A stretch of 64,000 nt of DNA from Scyliorhinus canicula. Taxonomy: Eukaryota. Below are positions 25,333-38,332 of this stretch, piece by piece. Below the pieces are notes generated by a model, which saw only the letters and a list, made by a program, of their open reading frames with translations, was not told the DNA's origin and ran no database searches. Position 1 is the first letter of the stretch; each line of letters starts with the position of its first letter. A program made the position numbers and the translations under genes. The stretch spans positions 8,583,209 through 8,647,208 of the forward strand of contig NC_052171.1 in NCBI RefSeq assembly GCF_902713615.1. The letters run 5' to 3'.

Positions 25333-26239
25333 GGTAAAAAGGTTAACTGCAAAATAACCCCAAGAAAATCAGGCAACGAGATCTTTCTTTCCAGTTTACC
25401 CTTGTTCTCTTATACTTTCACACATCTGCTAAACTGGCCAACAGCTACCCTCCTAATCAAACGTTGGCTGGTAGCAGGACTGGGGAATACCGCTGGCTAC
25501 AGCACACATTTACATGGCTTCAAGACCTGCAAAAGACGAAGCCCTCAGGCACGCGGGTTCAAATTAAAAAGGCAAAGGAAACCCAAATTTCCAGCTTTTC
25601 GTTTTACTATAAATATCAGAATGTCGAGAGTTTGAAGGCAGGGCCAAGCAAGCTTTATCCACTGGGTAAGACCACTAGAAAAAAAAAATAGTGACTGGCG
25701 ACTTCTGCATGAGCTTAGAGAGCTGGGAGGATCGAGGAGGTGCATTTTCTGCTGGGAAGAATCACGAGGACACATAGGCTGTTGGAACACAGAATATGGG
25801 GCAGAGGCACAAAGGGATTTCTAAATCATCTAAAGTAGTCACGCGGGTCAACGGGATCATGAACACTTTAACAAGATACTGTCGTCCCTTTCAGCGCAAT
25901 GGCATTCAAAAGCAGAGAGGTGACGTTAATCTGAAATGGATTCTGGGTTAGACTACACTTGCGAGCTCTGCGCACAGTTCAGGGTCTCCACATTACAAAG
26001 CGGACATAAATGCACCGTGAAAGCGTGCAGAAAATATTCACAAGGACAACAGCAGGGCTGAGAAGGTACAGCGATGAGGAAAGGTTGAATACGCTGGAGC
26101 GCCCACTGGGATGGATGACAGCAGAGAGGTGAACTGATGGGAGGTCTTTAGAATGAGGAGACCAGAGCCAGGGGGCCAGAAGTGCGCGACAGCTGTTATT
26201 AAATTTAATGGCAAATTCAGCAGAAATTTTTATTTTATT

Positions 26240-26452
26240 TAATATAAATTTAGAGTACCCAATTCATTTGTTCCAGTTGAAGGGCAATTTTAGCGCGGTC
26301 AATCCACCCACTCTGCACATCTTTTGGGTTGTGAGGACGAAGCCCCGCAGACATGGGGGAGAATGTGCAAACTCCACACAGACAGTGACCCAGGGCCGGG
26401 ACCTTGGCGCCGTGAGGCAGCAGTGCTAACCCACTGCGCCATCGTGCCGCCC
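26240..26452 (-). mobile_element. SINE
   Basis: Family similarity. Confidence 0.85.
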
Positions 26453-27449
26453 TAGCAGAAATATTTTTAACCAGAGGATGCGAGAATGTGGAACTCACTG
26501 CCACAGGGAGTGGTTGAGATGGTTAGCATCATAGGTTAGGGACAGAGGAATGTTTCAAATTAAGATGTATTTAAGGGGAAACTGGGAAGGAAAGATAAGC
26601 CCATAGAGTGGGAGGAGGCCGAGGAAAGAACAAACAACAGCATAGACCTTCTTGGTCGTTCTATACATTAGGAGTGGGTGCCACCGGGAGCAGAAGGAAT
26701 GCTGGCTTATTTTTCAGTCCCCGCCATTTGAGGAGCACTGGGGTTGCGGTGCTACCCTCTCTAAGAACGGCTGCCCTGTAAACACACACATACGCGCATG
26801 GCCGGGACGGCACAGGCTGAAAACAGTGAGGCAAGTCACGGATGGATGTCACCAAACCCTTCCTGCAGAGTGCTCGGTATGTGGAATTCAGTCTTAGCTG
26901 GGTTATCAGCAGTAGTTTGGACGTTGTGATGGGGCAGGGTGATGGGGACATTTTCTAGACAGTAGAAATACGATGGGCTGAATTATCTTCTGCATCTCAC
27001 AATCATGTCGCATACTCTACACACAGGTAAGAGATGGAAGCGAAGCTGGAAACGCAACAGTGATTTCCCGTAGTGTTAACACAGAGGGAAGTACTGCATA
27101 ATTGGAGCTTATCAATGAATTTCAGTTATTGAACGTCCCAAAGTGTTTCACAGCCAAGCAAGTTACTGTAAAAGGTAGTCAGTACCATCAGTCAATTTGT
27201 AAGGTTTGACAAATGGATAACAAATGACCAGATTGTGATTCTCACATGGATAAATGAAGGATAAATGTTCACCGGGAGAACGCCCCGCTCATTCTGCAAA
27301 TATTGCCATGGGATCTTGTGCACCAAACTTAAGGGGCAACAGAGAGACTTTAACGTCTCAGGGTCAGGACGGCGCCCACTCAGTACTGAACTGAAACGGC
27401 AGTCTGGAGGGCGTGCTCAAGCTTCTGCTGTGTCGACCTACCGACTGGG

Positions 27450-28545
27450 CAGAGGGCAAGAGAGAGATAGCGAGAGAAAGAGTGAAAGAGATTGAGGAGA
27501 GCGCAAACGAGAGAGAGAGAGAGGAAGAGAGAAAGGGGGGGGGGGGGGGAGAGGAGAAAGAGAGGGAGGAAGATAGAGAGAGAGGGAGGAAGATAGAGAG
27601 AGGGAGAGAAAGAACGAGAGTGTGAGACAGAGTATGCAAGCGAGCAAGAGAAGAGCGAGAAAGGAAGACGGAGAGACAAAGAGAGAGAGGGAGAGCGAGA
27701 AAAAGATAACGAGAGAAAGAATGAGAATGTGAGACAGAGAGAGCGAGAGAGAGGGGAGAGAAAGCAAGAGAGAGAAAGTGAGAGCTAGCGAGAACGAGAG
27801 AGGGGGAGCGAGAGAGAGGGTGAGAGAGAGAGGGTGACAGAGAGAGGGCGAGAGTGACAGAGGTGAGNNNNNNNNNNNNNNNNNNNNNNNNNNNNNNNNN
27901 NNNNNNNNNNNNNNNNNNNNNNNNNNNNNNNNNNNNNNNNNNNNNNNNNNNNNNNNNNNNNNNNNNNNNNNNNNNNNNNNNNNNNNNNNNNNNNNNNNNN
28001 NNNNNNNNNNNNNNNNNNNNNNNNNNNNNNNNNNNNNNNNNNNNNNNNNNNNNNNNNNNNNNNNNNNNNNNNNNNNNNNNNNNAGTCAGAGGGCAAGAGA
28101 GTCAGAGGGCANNNNNNNNNNNNNNNNNNNNNNNNNNNNNNNNNNNNNNNNNNNNNNNNNNNNNNNNNNNNNNNNNNNNNNNNNNNNNNNNNNNNNNNNN
28201 NNNNNNNNNNNNNNNNNNNNNNNNNNNNNNNNNNNNNNNNNNNNNNNNNNNNNNNNNNNNNNNNNNNNNNNNNNNNNNNNNNNNNNNNNNNNNNNNNNNN
28301 NNNNNNNNNNNNNNNNNNNNNNNNNNNNNNNNNNNNNNNNNNNNNNNNNNNNNNNAGAGACTGAGGGAGCAAGAGAGACTGAGGGAGCAAGAGAGACAGA
28401 GGGGGCAAGAGAGACAGAGGGGGCAAGAGAGACAGAGGGGGCAAGAGAGACAGAGGGGGCAAGAGAGACAGAGGGGGCAAGAGAGACAGAGGGGGCAAGA
28501 GATACAGAGAGGGGCAAGAGAGACAGAAAGGGCAAGAGAGCATGA
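27450..28545. repeat. GA-rich low-complexity tract and 18-bp repeat (GAGAGACAGAGGGGGCAA) containing two assembly gaps
   Basis: Purine-rich tract; N runs at ~27868-28083 and ~28112-28355. Confidence 0.95.
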
Positions 28546-28755
28546 GAGCCAGAGGGCAGTACCCACTGAGCTGAGCGGCCACTTTGTTGGAAGCATATGC
28601 ATTGGGAGATGTTGAATCTGAAACCAGCTCCGCCGGTAAAACAAACTGGCATTTACTAGTAAAAGGACGGAGAACCATCACAATTCATTCGGGCTAAACC
28701 GTAGTGACTGTTACCAAGTTCCACACAAACAGCAGCATGGAGATTTGCCACTTCC

Positions 28756-28896
28756 ATAATGTTGGCCAAAGGGGGAATGCTGGCCAAGGGAGGAATGCTG
28801 GCCAAGGGAGGAATGTTGGCCAAGGGACGAATGTTGGCCAAGGGAGGAATGCTGGCCAAGGGAGGAATGCTGGCCAAGGGAGGAATGCCGGCCAGG
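28756..28896. repeat. 18-bp minisatellite (GGCCAAGGGAGGAATGCT), ~8 copies
   Basis: Directly visible. Confidence 0.95.
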
Positions 28897-29619
28897 GCAC
28901 CAGACGGCCCCGCTGCTCTTTCAAAAAGAAACTCCAGGTTTTTTTCCAATTGACAATACTGAGCCGCACAACAGGGCAGACGGGGCCTCGGTATAACATG
29001 CCAGCTGAGGCAAAACAACTCCTACCGACACCTGTAATAGGGAGTGTCAGAGTGAAGGAGCGGTGCAGGTTAACTGCTCCTCTCGTTGTCTTGGCAAGGC
29101 TGCATCAGCCACCCAGCATCCAAATAACCTGCCAACTTTTGCTGCCCCGGTTTACCCGCTGAGAAGAAGATGCCAGTGCAGCGGTGGTCAGCTGTTGGTG
29201 CCCACTGACAGGCCGCACAGCAGGGGTGGAAAATGGATGGGGAAATACAGCACAGATATCTTTAACTGCTGAACACCTCTCCGCTGAAATGGGCTAGAGA
29301 CAACAACTGCAGGAATCCCCGAGTGTGCGACGAGTCAGCTCCGCTAATCCTGATCCGGGAAAGGTTTGCGCCGAATGTACGGTGACTCGCTGAACCCTCA
29401 GCGCACTGCAGGTGTGTCGCACTCCCTTCTGAAGGGCGGCAGTGCGAGTGTCTGATTGTCAGAGAGAGAAGGGGAGTGGATGGTCACTCAACAACCCCCG
29501 CAGTCCACACGTGAAACTTAACCACAGCAGCTGGGAGTCTACAGCACTGCCTTTAAGACAAATGAAAGCGACTTGCAGACGTCAATCCATTGATCAGTGT
29601 TGCCCAGTGTGGGTGCTGC

Positions 29620-29743
29620 TCAGTCCAGGGGAGTGTCTTGTAGTATCGCAGTCCCAGTCCCGGCCTTTGACTCCTTCATCTTCTCCAAGGCAAGGTACAA
29701 GTCCGTCTGAGTGATCGCGCGGAGGCACGCGTCAGCAGTGGAG
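29620..29743 (-). CDS. atad1: ATAD1 terminal coding exon 9
   Basis: (S)STADACLRAITQTDLYLALEKMKESKAGTGTAILQDTPLD-stop; polypyrimidine tract + AG acceptor; C-terminal LD typical of ATAD1. Confidence 0.92.
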
Positions 29744-30595
29744 CTAAAGAGGAAGAGACAACAGTATTCATTAAGATTTTCCTGCCCTGCAGTTAATACT
29801 GTAGCAGACTAAAAACCACCTCACGCTGCAGCCCAATCCTTCAAAGTAGTACATCTTTCACCGTGGTCTAACCCTCCCGATTTATTCTCCTCCACCACCG
29901 GTGACAGCCTCAAAACATCCCCCCACTCGACACCTCACCGTCTCCTGAAGCCGTGGCGTGGTTCCCCCAGGCTTACCTGGACAGAGCACAGGCAAGGATT
30001 CTTTGATGATGAAACAAATTAAAATTAAGCCCATTCAGGAGGAGGAAAATATTTTTTAGAAAGCTACCGTCAGTTTTCGTCACTAAATCTTCAGAATCAA
30101 GGCTATTCACTGGAGTAACCCTCATTCAGAGAGACAATCTCTGGGTTTGCCAAAAAATCCCTTCCACTGGCCCCAGACCAGGTTTGGCCTGTACCTTATG
30201 TACTGCTCAAATCACTGAGCCCTCAGCCCACACGTCCTTAAGTACACGGAACCCCTTTTCTAGAAGGCAGCAGCGGTAGTGGGCGGCAGCACTAAACGGG
30301 AACTAGCTCCACACAGCTTACTTTGCCATCTATGGTGAAAGGATAATGAAATAGTTCCACCCCCCCGGAATTGGACGCTGCCTCACACAGCGACTGTGAG
30401 ACGACAGGTGAATGCACTGGCCGGCCGGGGTGCACGTTTCTCCCTTGGAGGGATGCGTTCCCTTCTGTGTGTGTGTCTCCCCCCCCCCCGCCTTTACCTT
30501 CCTGCTACTCTTGTCAACTCTCCCACAGTGCGGAGCTCTGCCTTTAGGCGAATATCTCTCGAATGTTCCCGAAGCGCGGCGGAGGCGACAAGCAC

Positions 30596-30768
30596 CTTTC
30601 CTCGCAGTCAGCGGCCTGCAGTTGCCTCCCGATGAGTTGCATTTGCTCCTTGCGCACAAAGTCGCGGAGCCTGTGCAAGGCTGCCTCTCTGCAGAGCTCC
30701 CTGAGGTCACTGCCCGAGTAGCCTTCCGTCTTCTCTGCGATTTCTTTCAGCCTCACTTCACTGTTCAA
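30596..30768 (-). CDS. atad1: ATAD1 coding exon 8
   Basis: LNSEVRLKEIAEKTEGYSGSDLRELCREAALHRLRDFVRKEQMQLIGRQLQAADCEE; 173 nt; AG/GT boundaries. Confidence 0.93.
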
Positions 30769-30908
30769 CTGGAAGGAAGAGTTTAAAAGGGAGAGAAGAG
30801 AAAAAATTATTCAATGCATGCCCCCCCCCCCCCCCCCAACAACTCAGAGCAGTAAAAGCACTGGATATCAGAGAAAAACAAACCGAGAGGGGAGAGAGAG
30901 ACACATAC

Positions 30909-30959
30909 ACATTCACCAGATAGGATCAACTTCAGAATCTCCTGCCGCTGCCTCTGCTT
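30909..30959 (-). CDS. atad1: ATAD1 coding exon 7
   Basis: KQRQRQEILKLILSGEC; 51 nt; CAG/GTATGT boundaries. Confidence 0.9.
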
Positions 30960-31074
30960 CTGGAGGATGACACAGAAATGGTTATTTGAATCTGGATGAA
31001 AAAAAGAGGCATGCTGAAGTTTTTGTCTTGCACTCATCAGGCCAAATGCAAGGATGCCAAATTTCTAACAATCG

Positions 31075-31370
31075 CAACAGTGGTCAGCACTGCTGCCTCA
31101 CAACCCCAGCTACCCGGCTCCAATTCCAACCTTTGCTGACTGCGTGGAATGTGCACGTTCTCCCCGTGTCTGCACGGGTTCCCTCCGGGTGCTCCGATTT
31201 CTTCCCATAGTCCAAAAATGTGCCGATTAGGTGGATTGGCCAGGCTAAATTGCCCCAAGGTGGGGTTGGGGGTAGGGTGAGGGATTGAGCCTGGGTAGGG
31301 CTCTCTTTCGGAGGGTCTGTGCAGACTTAATGGGCCGAATGGCCTCCTTTTGCAATGTACGGATTCTATG
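31075..31370 (+). mobile_element. SINE
   Basis: Family similarity. Confidence 0.8.
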
Positions 31371-31806
31371 AGTGTATCGGGCGTTGTTGCACTCATCAGG
31401 CAAGTGGGAAACATTCCATCATCGTACTCTTGGCTTTTCTTCTTAACGCATTCAGGGGATGTGGGCATCGTTGGTTTTCCAGCATTAACTGCCCATCCCT
31501 AATTGCCCTTGAACTGAGTGGTTTTGCTGGGCCTTTTTAGAATGTATTTAAGAGTCAACTGTGGGTCTGGAGTCACATGTAGGCCAGACCAAACAAGGAC
31601 AGATTTCCTTTTCTAAAGGCCATCATTAGACTTTCAATTCCAGATTCTTATTGAGGTCAAATTTCACCATCGGCCGTAGTGGTATTTGAACTTGTGCCTT
31701 GTAGATGGTGGACAGGCTTTGGAGAGTCAGGAGGCGAGTTACTCTCCGCAGGGTTCCCAGCCTCTTGCCTGCTCTGGTAGCCACAGTGTTTATATGGCTG
31801 GGTCCA

Positions 31807-32632
31807 GTCAGGGAGCGGGGCGAGTCAGGGAGCGGGGCGAGTCAGGGAGCGGGGCGAGTCAGGGAGCGGGGCGAGTCAGGGAGCGGGGCGAGTCAGGGAG
31901 CGGGGCGAGTCAGGGAGCGGGGCGAGTCAGGGAGCGGGGCGAGTCAGGGAGCGGGGAGAGTCAGGGAGCGGGGAGAGTCAGGGAGCGGGGAGAGTCAGGG
32001 AGCGGGGAGAGTCAGGGAGCGGGGAGAGTCAGGGAGCGGGGAGAGTCAGGGAGCGGGGAGAGTCAGGGAGCGGGGAGAGTCAGGGAGCGGGGAGAGTCAG
32101 GGAGCGGGGAGAGTCAGGGAGCGGGGAGAGTCAGGGAGCGGGGAGAGTCAGGGAGCGGGGAGAGTCAGGGAGCGGGGAGAGTCAGGGAGCGGGGAGAGTC
32201 AGGGAGCGGGGAGAGTCAGGGAGCGGGGAGAGTCAGGGAGCGGGGAGAGTCAGGGAGCGGGGAGAGTCAGGGAGCGGGGAGAGTCAGGGAGCGGGGAGAG
32301 TCAGGGAGCGGGGAGAGTCAGGGAGCGGGGAGAGTCAGGGAGCGGGGAGAGTCAGGGAGCGGGGAGAGTCAGGGAGCGGGGAGAGTCAGGGAGCGGGGAG
32401 AGTCAGGGAGCGGGGAGAGTCAGGGAGCGGGGAGAGTCAGGGAGCGGGGAGAGTCAGGGAGCGGGGGAGAGTCAGGAGCGGGGAGAGTCAGGAGCGGGGA
32501 GAGTCAGGGAGCGGGAAGAGTCAGGGAGCGGGGAGAGTCAGGGAGCGGGGAGAGTCAGGGAGCGGGGAGTCAGGGAGCGGGGAGTCAGGGAACGGAGAGA
32601 GTCAGGGAACGGGGAGGGTCAGGGAACGGGGA
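31807..32632. repeat. 16-bp G-rich minisatellite (GTCAGGGAGCGGGGMGA-type), ~50 copies, in an atad1 intron
   Basis: Directly visible. Confidence 0.97.
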
Positions 32633-33008
32633 GACAAGGTGCTCGCCTTGAAAATATTCCTTTGATTTGCGGAGAATAGGTCCTGCATATGAATGGATGT
32701 CACTTCAAGCAGCTTTAAATGAACCGAATCATCAGCTCAATGATTTTCTTTAATTGATTATTAGTGTGACTTTTGGCACATTCAGGGTTGTTTAGCACAT
32801 GGAACAGTGGGTGGTTGGTTTTGGGTTCTGGGTGCGTGGGCTGGTCGTGTATAGTGGTTGCTTCCACAAAGAGGTGCAGATTAGTTGTCTCCATTCTCCC
32901 CTCCCCCAGGCGCTGCTCAGATTCATTCACAAACTATAATATAATCTTATTATCTTTATTCTGACAGCGACAGCAGAACAGCCCAGGAGCTAACAGCCAA
33001 ACACTCAC

Positions 33009-33098
33009 AGGCAGGCCCACGTGGAACGTGCTGGGCATCCTCCTCAAGATGGCTCGATCCACATCCTGCGGCCGGTTTGTAGCACCCATCACAATCAC
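33009..33098 (-). CDS. atad1: ATAD1 coding exon 6 (second region of homology, Arg fingers)
   Basis: [30 protein letters not shown]; 90 nt; AG/GTGAGT boundaries. Confidence 0.96.
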
Positions 33099-33323
33099 CT
33101 ATAGGAAAGGCACAGGAACAGGACACTGTTACTGCATTCTCCGGGGATTCTAACTGACTTTTGATGCTTTCACTGGCTGGAGTAGGGTCACAACTGTCAC
33201 GAGTAGGCTTCAAATGAAGTTACTGTGAAAAGCCCCTAGTCGCCACATTCCGGCGCCTGTCCGGGGAGGCTGGTACGGGAATCTTCCCTGTCTGGAGCCC
33301 ACGTCAGACAGATCCCCACATAC

Positions 33324-33430
33324 CTGGCAATCGGTGTCAGAGTCCAGTCCATCCCACAGGGTCATGAATTGTGCTTTCATCATGGCTGTTGCTTCATGGT
33401 CATTGCAGGAACGGTTCCTCAGAAAGGAAT
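33324..33430 (-). CDS. atad1: ATAD1 coding exon 5
   Basis: DSFLRNRSCNDHEATAMMKAQFMTLWDGLDSDTDCQ; 107 nt; AG/GTATG boundaries. Confidence 0.96.
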
Positions 33431-33794
33431 CTAAGCAGGATTAAAACAGGCACCACAGTGAAGATCAACGGCCGGCATTAGGCACAGAGCCTGGGACACA
33501 AGGGCAAGGCAGCTTGGATTGTTTACAAACTCACACATCATCCCCAATCTCGAAGCGCTGGTCTGGCTGATGGGTTTGAATCATTTAGAATCACGGAATG
33601 GTTCCAGCTCCCTTAACCTCTCGCTGCCTCCTCCCCGCAGGACTGCAAATTCACTCTCTTCAGGCAATCCTCATGTTTCCCTTTCGTGGGGCTCGACTGT
33701 ATCTGCCTCCGCCACGCTCTCAGGCACAGCGTTCCACATCCTAACCGCTCGTTGCATCAAGAGGTTTTCCCTCACGCTAGCATTGCATCTTTCA

Positions 33795-34010
33795 GGGCGG
33801 CACGGCGGCGCAGTGGTTAGCACTGCTGCCTCACGGCGCCGAGGACCCGGGTTCGATCCCGGCCCCGGGTCACTGTCCGTGTGGAGTTTGCACGTTCTCC
33901 CCGTGTCTGCGTGGGTCTCACCCCCCCACAACCCAAAGGTGTGCAGGGTAGGTGGATTGGCCACGCTAAATTGCCCCTTAATTGGAAAAACATAAATGGG
34001 TAATCTATAC
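33795..34010 (+). mobile_element. SINE
   Basis: Intact 5' tRNA-like head. Confidence 0.88.
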
Positions 34011-34336
34011 TTATGAAAAAATAACGATAAAATACCATTGCATTTTTACCAATCACTTTAAGTCTGTCTTGAGCCTTCCGCCCATGACAACAATCTCTCT
34101 CCCGGTCTACTCTGCTCAGACTAACTCCCTCCTCATGACTTTTAACACCTCCATCAAATCTCCTCTCAACCTTCTCTTGACTGAAGAGAACACTCCCAGC
34201 TTCTCCAACCTATCCCCGTAACTGAAGTTCCTCATCCCTGCGACCATTCTCGTGGATCTTTTCTGGACCCTCCCTAATGCCGTCACTTCCTTCTGAAGAT
34301 GTGGAGCCCAGAACCGGACACAACAGACCACTTTTA

Positions 34337-34630
34337 ACAATAATCTTTATTAGTGTCACAAGTAGGCTTGCATTAACACTGCAATGGTGTTACTGTGAAA
34401 ATCCCCTCGTCGCCACATTCCGGCGCCTGTTCGGGTACAGAGGGAGAATTCAGAATGTCCAATTCATCTAACAGCACATCTTTCGGGACTGTGGGAGGAA
34501 ACCGGGGCACCGGGAGGAAAACCACGCAGACACAGGGGAGAACGTGCAGACTCCGCACAGGCAGTGACCCAAGCCGGGAATCGATGTCGGGTTCCTGGTG
34601 CTGTGAAGCGGCTATGCTTCCAACTGTGCT
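34337..34630 (-). mobile_element. SINE, second subfamily with the ...CAGTAACTTCATTGCAGTGTTAATGTAAGCCTACTTGTGAC tail
   Basis: Same tail at 42560-42842, 48135-48345, 54300-54545 and 62080-62376. Confidence 0.85.
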
Positions 34631-35432
34631 GTCCAACTTTATCACAACTTCCTTGTTTTGTACTGTTGTACTGTGCAGCTATTTATAAAGCCCCGGACAG
34701 TGTGTGCTTTCTTAACCCCTTTCTCCACCTGTCCTGTCACCGTCAATGATTTGTGTGTGTAAGCCCCAGGTCCCCCTCTCCTGCACAACTGGTAACTCAG
34801 AATAACAACACACTCGGGAGTGAGTTACGGGCTGGTTTGGCAAGTGGTTTAAAAGCAGAATAATTAGGTTTACAAAAATGGGCTTCAGTTGAGAGGAGAG
34901 TTTGGAGAGGCTGGGACTGTTCTCCTTAGAGAGAAGGAAGTTGAGCGGAGATTTGAGAGAGATGTTCGAAATCGTGAGGGGGTTGCAGAGAGTAGAGAGG
35001 GAGAAAACGTTCCTGCTCGGAAAAGGATCAAGAACGAGGGGGGCAACAGATTTACAGTGATCTGCAAAAGAAGCAAATGCGATGGAGAAAGAACTCTCTC
35101 GCACAGCGAGTGGTTTGGGTCTGGAATGCACTGGCTGGGAGTGAGGTGGAGGCAGCTTCAATCGAGGCCTTCCAGAGGGTATTGGATGATTATTTGAAGA
35201 AAAGCAACGCCCAGGGGTGCGGTGAAATGGCAGGGGAATGGCACTAAGTCACGGTGCTCGCTTGGAGAGTCGGTGCAGACACGACGGGCCGAATGGCCTC
35301 TTTCGGCACCGTAACAATTCTGTGATTTACGATGATCTCTTTTCTCTTGCAGGTTCTGGCAAAGAAGTAAAGTTTTGGGAAAGAAAATTTCTCAAGTCCC
35401 AAGTCGTCGTAACGCACCGAATGAGCACCTAC

Positions 35433-35633
35433 CTATTTCATCAATGAATATGATACAGGGTTCAATTTTCGCAGCCAACGAGAAGACAGCGGCTGTAAGT
35501 TTCTGCGACTCTCCATACCACTTGTCCGTTAGTGTCGAGGCCTGCATGTTGATGAAGTGACAGCCCGCGACGCTCGCAGTGGCTTTGGCAATCAGGGTCT
35601 TCCCACAGCCTGGGGGGCCGTACAGTAACACAC
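35433..35633 (-). CDS. atad1: ATAD1 coding exon 4 (Walker A and Walker B)
   Basis: [13 protein letters not shown]...KWYGE...IIFIDEI; 201 nt; AG/GTAGG boundaries. Confidence 0.97.
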
Positions 35634-35969
35634 CTATTCAGGAACAGAGGGAAGGCTCTCGTTGGCAATCCATCAGGAATACAAAGTGTGACACATATCA
35701 AACATAGACACTCAGGTTCCAAAGAGAATACGGGGCAATGGTTCAGGTCGATGGCGATCAAACACAAACATTTGGCTTTTCTCCATTCGGACATTGACAC
35801 ATCACACATTTCAAGCTTTACTAAGTTTACCAACACTCAAAACTTACAGGTAATCTGCCCTTCCAGCAGGGACCAAGACATGGTGTGGGTGAAAAGGCGC
35901 TCTGCCAACTCGAGGACACGTGGATAAAGTAATAAAAATACAAACATCATCATGGGCTTGGCAGATCAG

Positions 35970-37176
35970 TTAGAGGGAGCTTTACTCTGGATCTAACCCC
36001 GTGCTGTACCTGTCCTGGGAGTGTTTGATGGGGACAGTGTAGAGGGAGCTTTACTCTGTATCTAACCCCGTGCTGTACCTGTCCTGGGAGTGTTTGATGG
36101 GGACAGCGTAGAGGGAGCTTTACTCTGTATCTAACCCCGTGCTGTACCTGTCCTGGGAGTGTTTGATGGGGACAGTGTAGAGGGAGCTTTACTCTGTATC
36201 TAACCCCGTGCTGTACCTGTCCTGGGAGTGTTTGATGGGGACAGTGTAGAGGGAGCTTTACTCTGTATCTAACCCCGTGCTGTACCTGTCCTGGGAGTGT
36301 TGGATGGGTACAGTGTAGAGGGAGCTTTACTCTGTATCTAACCCCGTGCTGTACCTGTCCTGGGAGTGTTTGATGGGGACAGTGTAGAGGGAGCTTTACT
36401 CTGTATCTAACCCCGTGCTGTACCTGTCCTGGGAGTGTTTGATGGGGACAGTGTAGAGGGAGCTTTACTCTGTATCTAACCCCGTGCTGTACCTGTCCTG
36501 GGAGTGTTTGATGGCGACAGTGTAGAGGGAGCTTTACTCTTTATCTAACCCCGTGCTGTACCTGTCCTGGGAGTGTTTGATGGGGACAGTGTAGAGGGAG
36601 CTTTACTCTGTATCTAACCCCGTGCTGTACCTGTCCTGGGAGTGTTTGATGGGGACAGTGTAGAGGGAGCTTTACTCTGTATCTAACCCCGTGCTGTACC
36701 TGTCCTGGGAGTGTTTGATGGGGGATAGTGTAGAGGGAGCTTTACTCTGTATCTAACCCCGTGCTGTACCTGTCCTGGGAGTGTTTGATGGAGACAGTGT
36801 AGAGGGAGCTTTACTCTGTATCTAACCCCGTGCTGTGCCTGTTCTGGGACTGTTTGTGGGGACAGGGTAGAGGGAGCTTTACCCTGTATCTAACCCCGTG
36901 CTGTACCTGTCCTGGGAATGTTTAATGAGGACAGTGTAGAGGGAGCTTTACTCTGTATCTAACCCCGTGCTGTACCTGTCCTGGGAGTGTTTGATGGGGA
37001 CAGTGTAGAGGGAGCTTTACTCTGAATCTAACCCTGTGCTGTGCCTGTCCAGGGAATGTTTAATAAGGACAGTGTAGAGGGAGTTTTACTCTGTATCTAA
37101 CCCCGTGCTGTTCCTGTCCTGGGAGTGTTTGATGGGGACAGTGTAGAGGGAGCTTTACTCTGTATCTAACCCCGTA
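35970..37176. repeat. 69-bp minisatellite, ~17 copies, in an atad1 intron
   Basis: Unit GTAGAGGGAGCTTTACTCTGTATCTAACCCCGTGCTGTACCTGTCCTGGGAGTGTTTGATGGGGACAGT. Confidence 0.97.
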
Positions 37177-37344
37177 CCACACCTGGAGGATGGAAAGTTT
37201 CCAAATGCTAATTTTGGGTTGTGCAACGTTAAAAATAAGACTTTACCCCAAGTTACGAGGCACTGGAATTATCGAATGCTCTAAAGTCTTCACCACACCT
37301 CAGATATTACCCTGTCTGTGTTCCAAATACAAATGGACCCTCAC

Positions 37345-37465
37345 CTTTTGGGGGCTGGAATAGCTTGGATCCATGGAATAAATGTCTCTTCTGGAATGGG
37401 AGAATGACTGTTTCTTGTAGTTCAGTGATAACTTCGTCCAGGCCGGCGATGTCTCGCCATGTCAC
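37345..37465 (-). CDS. atad1: ATAD1 coding exon 3
   Basis: VTWRDIAGLDEVITELQETVILPFQKRHLFHGSKLFQPPK; 121 nt; AG/GTGAG boundaries. Confidence 0.95.
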
Positions 37466-37985
37466 CTATTGGAATGCATCGAGAATTATATTTACATCGG
37501 TGGAAACGATGGAAAACACAGCGAGTGCATTGACAACTATTATGTAACCAAACCAATCTAAACATCAGTCAGATGAATGATGAGTTAACCTGTTCTGCCA
37601 TGAGTCGGGATAGCAAAAAAACCTCCTGGATTTGTAAAGCGGTTTTCAGGGAATCTTAGGCCAGGACGTTATCCTGGGTGAGAGTTTTATGTGGTGGGGA
37701 GAGGTGGGTTGCAGTTGTAAGTTTGAATACCCATAAGACTGGACTGCTGAATGTCCTGCAGAATTTAACTATCGGGCTCATGTAAGTGGGATTCTGATTG
37801 ACAGGGGAGAGGTCAGGGGAGTGCTGACGAGAGCAGGAGGGGCAGTGAGGAAGACATTGGTGGCGGTATCTGATGGGCCAAGATTTTAGGAGGTGAGGAC
37901 GTAGACGGATGCAAGGGAGGGTTTGCTGGGTAGTTTGTTGTGCCTGGAGGAAGCATTCCTCCTCCTCGTGACTGTAAAGGCGATT

Positions 37986-38332
37986 ACATAGAACATAGAA
38001 CAGTACAGCACAGAACAGGCCCTTCGGCCCTCGATGTTGTGCCGAGCAATGATCACCCTACTCAAACCCACGTATCCACCCTATACCCGTAACCCAACAA
38101 CCCCCCCCCCCCCCTTAACCTTACTTTTTAGGACACTACGGGCAATTTATCACGGCCAATCCACCTAACCCGCACATCTTTGGACTGTGGGAGGAAACCG
38201 GAGCACCCGGAGGAAACCCACACACACACGGGGAGGACGTGCAGACTCCGCACAGACAGTGACCCAGCCGGGAACCGAACCTGGGACCCTGGAGCTGTGA
38301 AGCATTTACGCTAACCACCATGTTACTGTGCT
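37986..38332 (-). mobile_element. tRNA-derived SINE (same young subfamily as 45581-45930)
   Basis: Near-identical reverse complement. Confidence 0.9.

Noticed and set aside
27785-28681. ORFs spanning N runs
   Set aside because: Artefacts of assembly gaps and low-complexity sequence.
31686-32679. Long G/E/S/R-rich ORFs
   Set aside because: Translations of a 16-bp minisatellite, antisense within an atad1 intron.
33795-33875. tRNA gene
   Set aside because: tRNA-like A/B boxes belong to SINE heads; followed by SINE body rather than a cloverleaf end and terminator.
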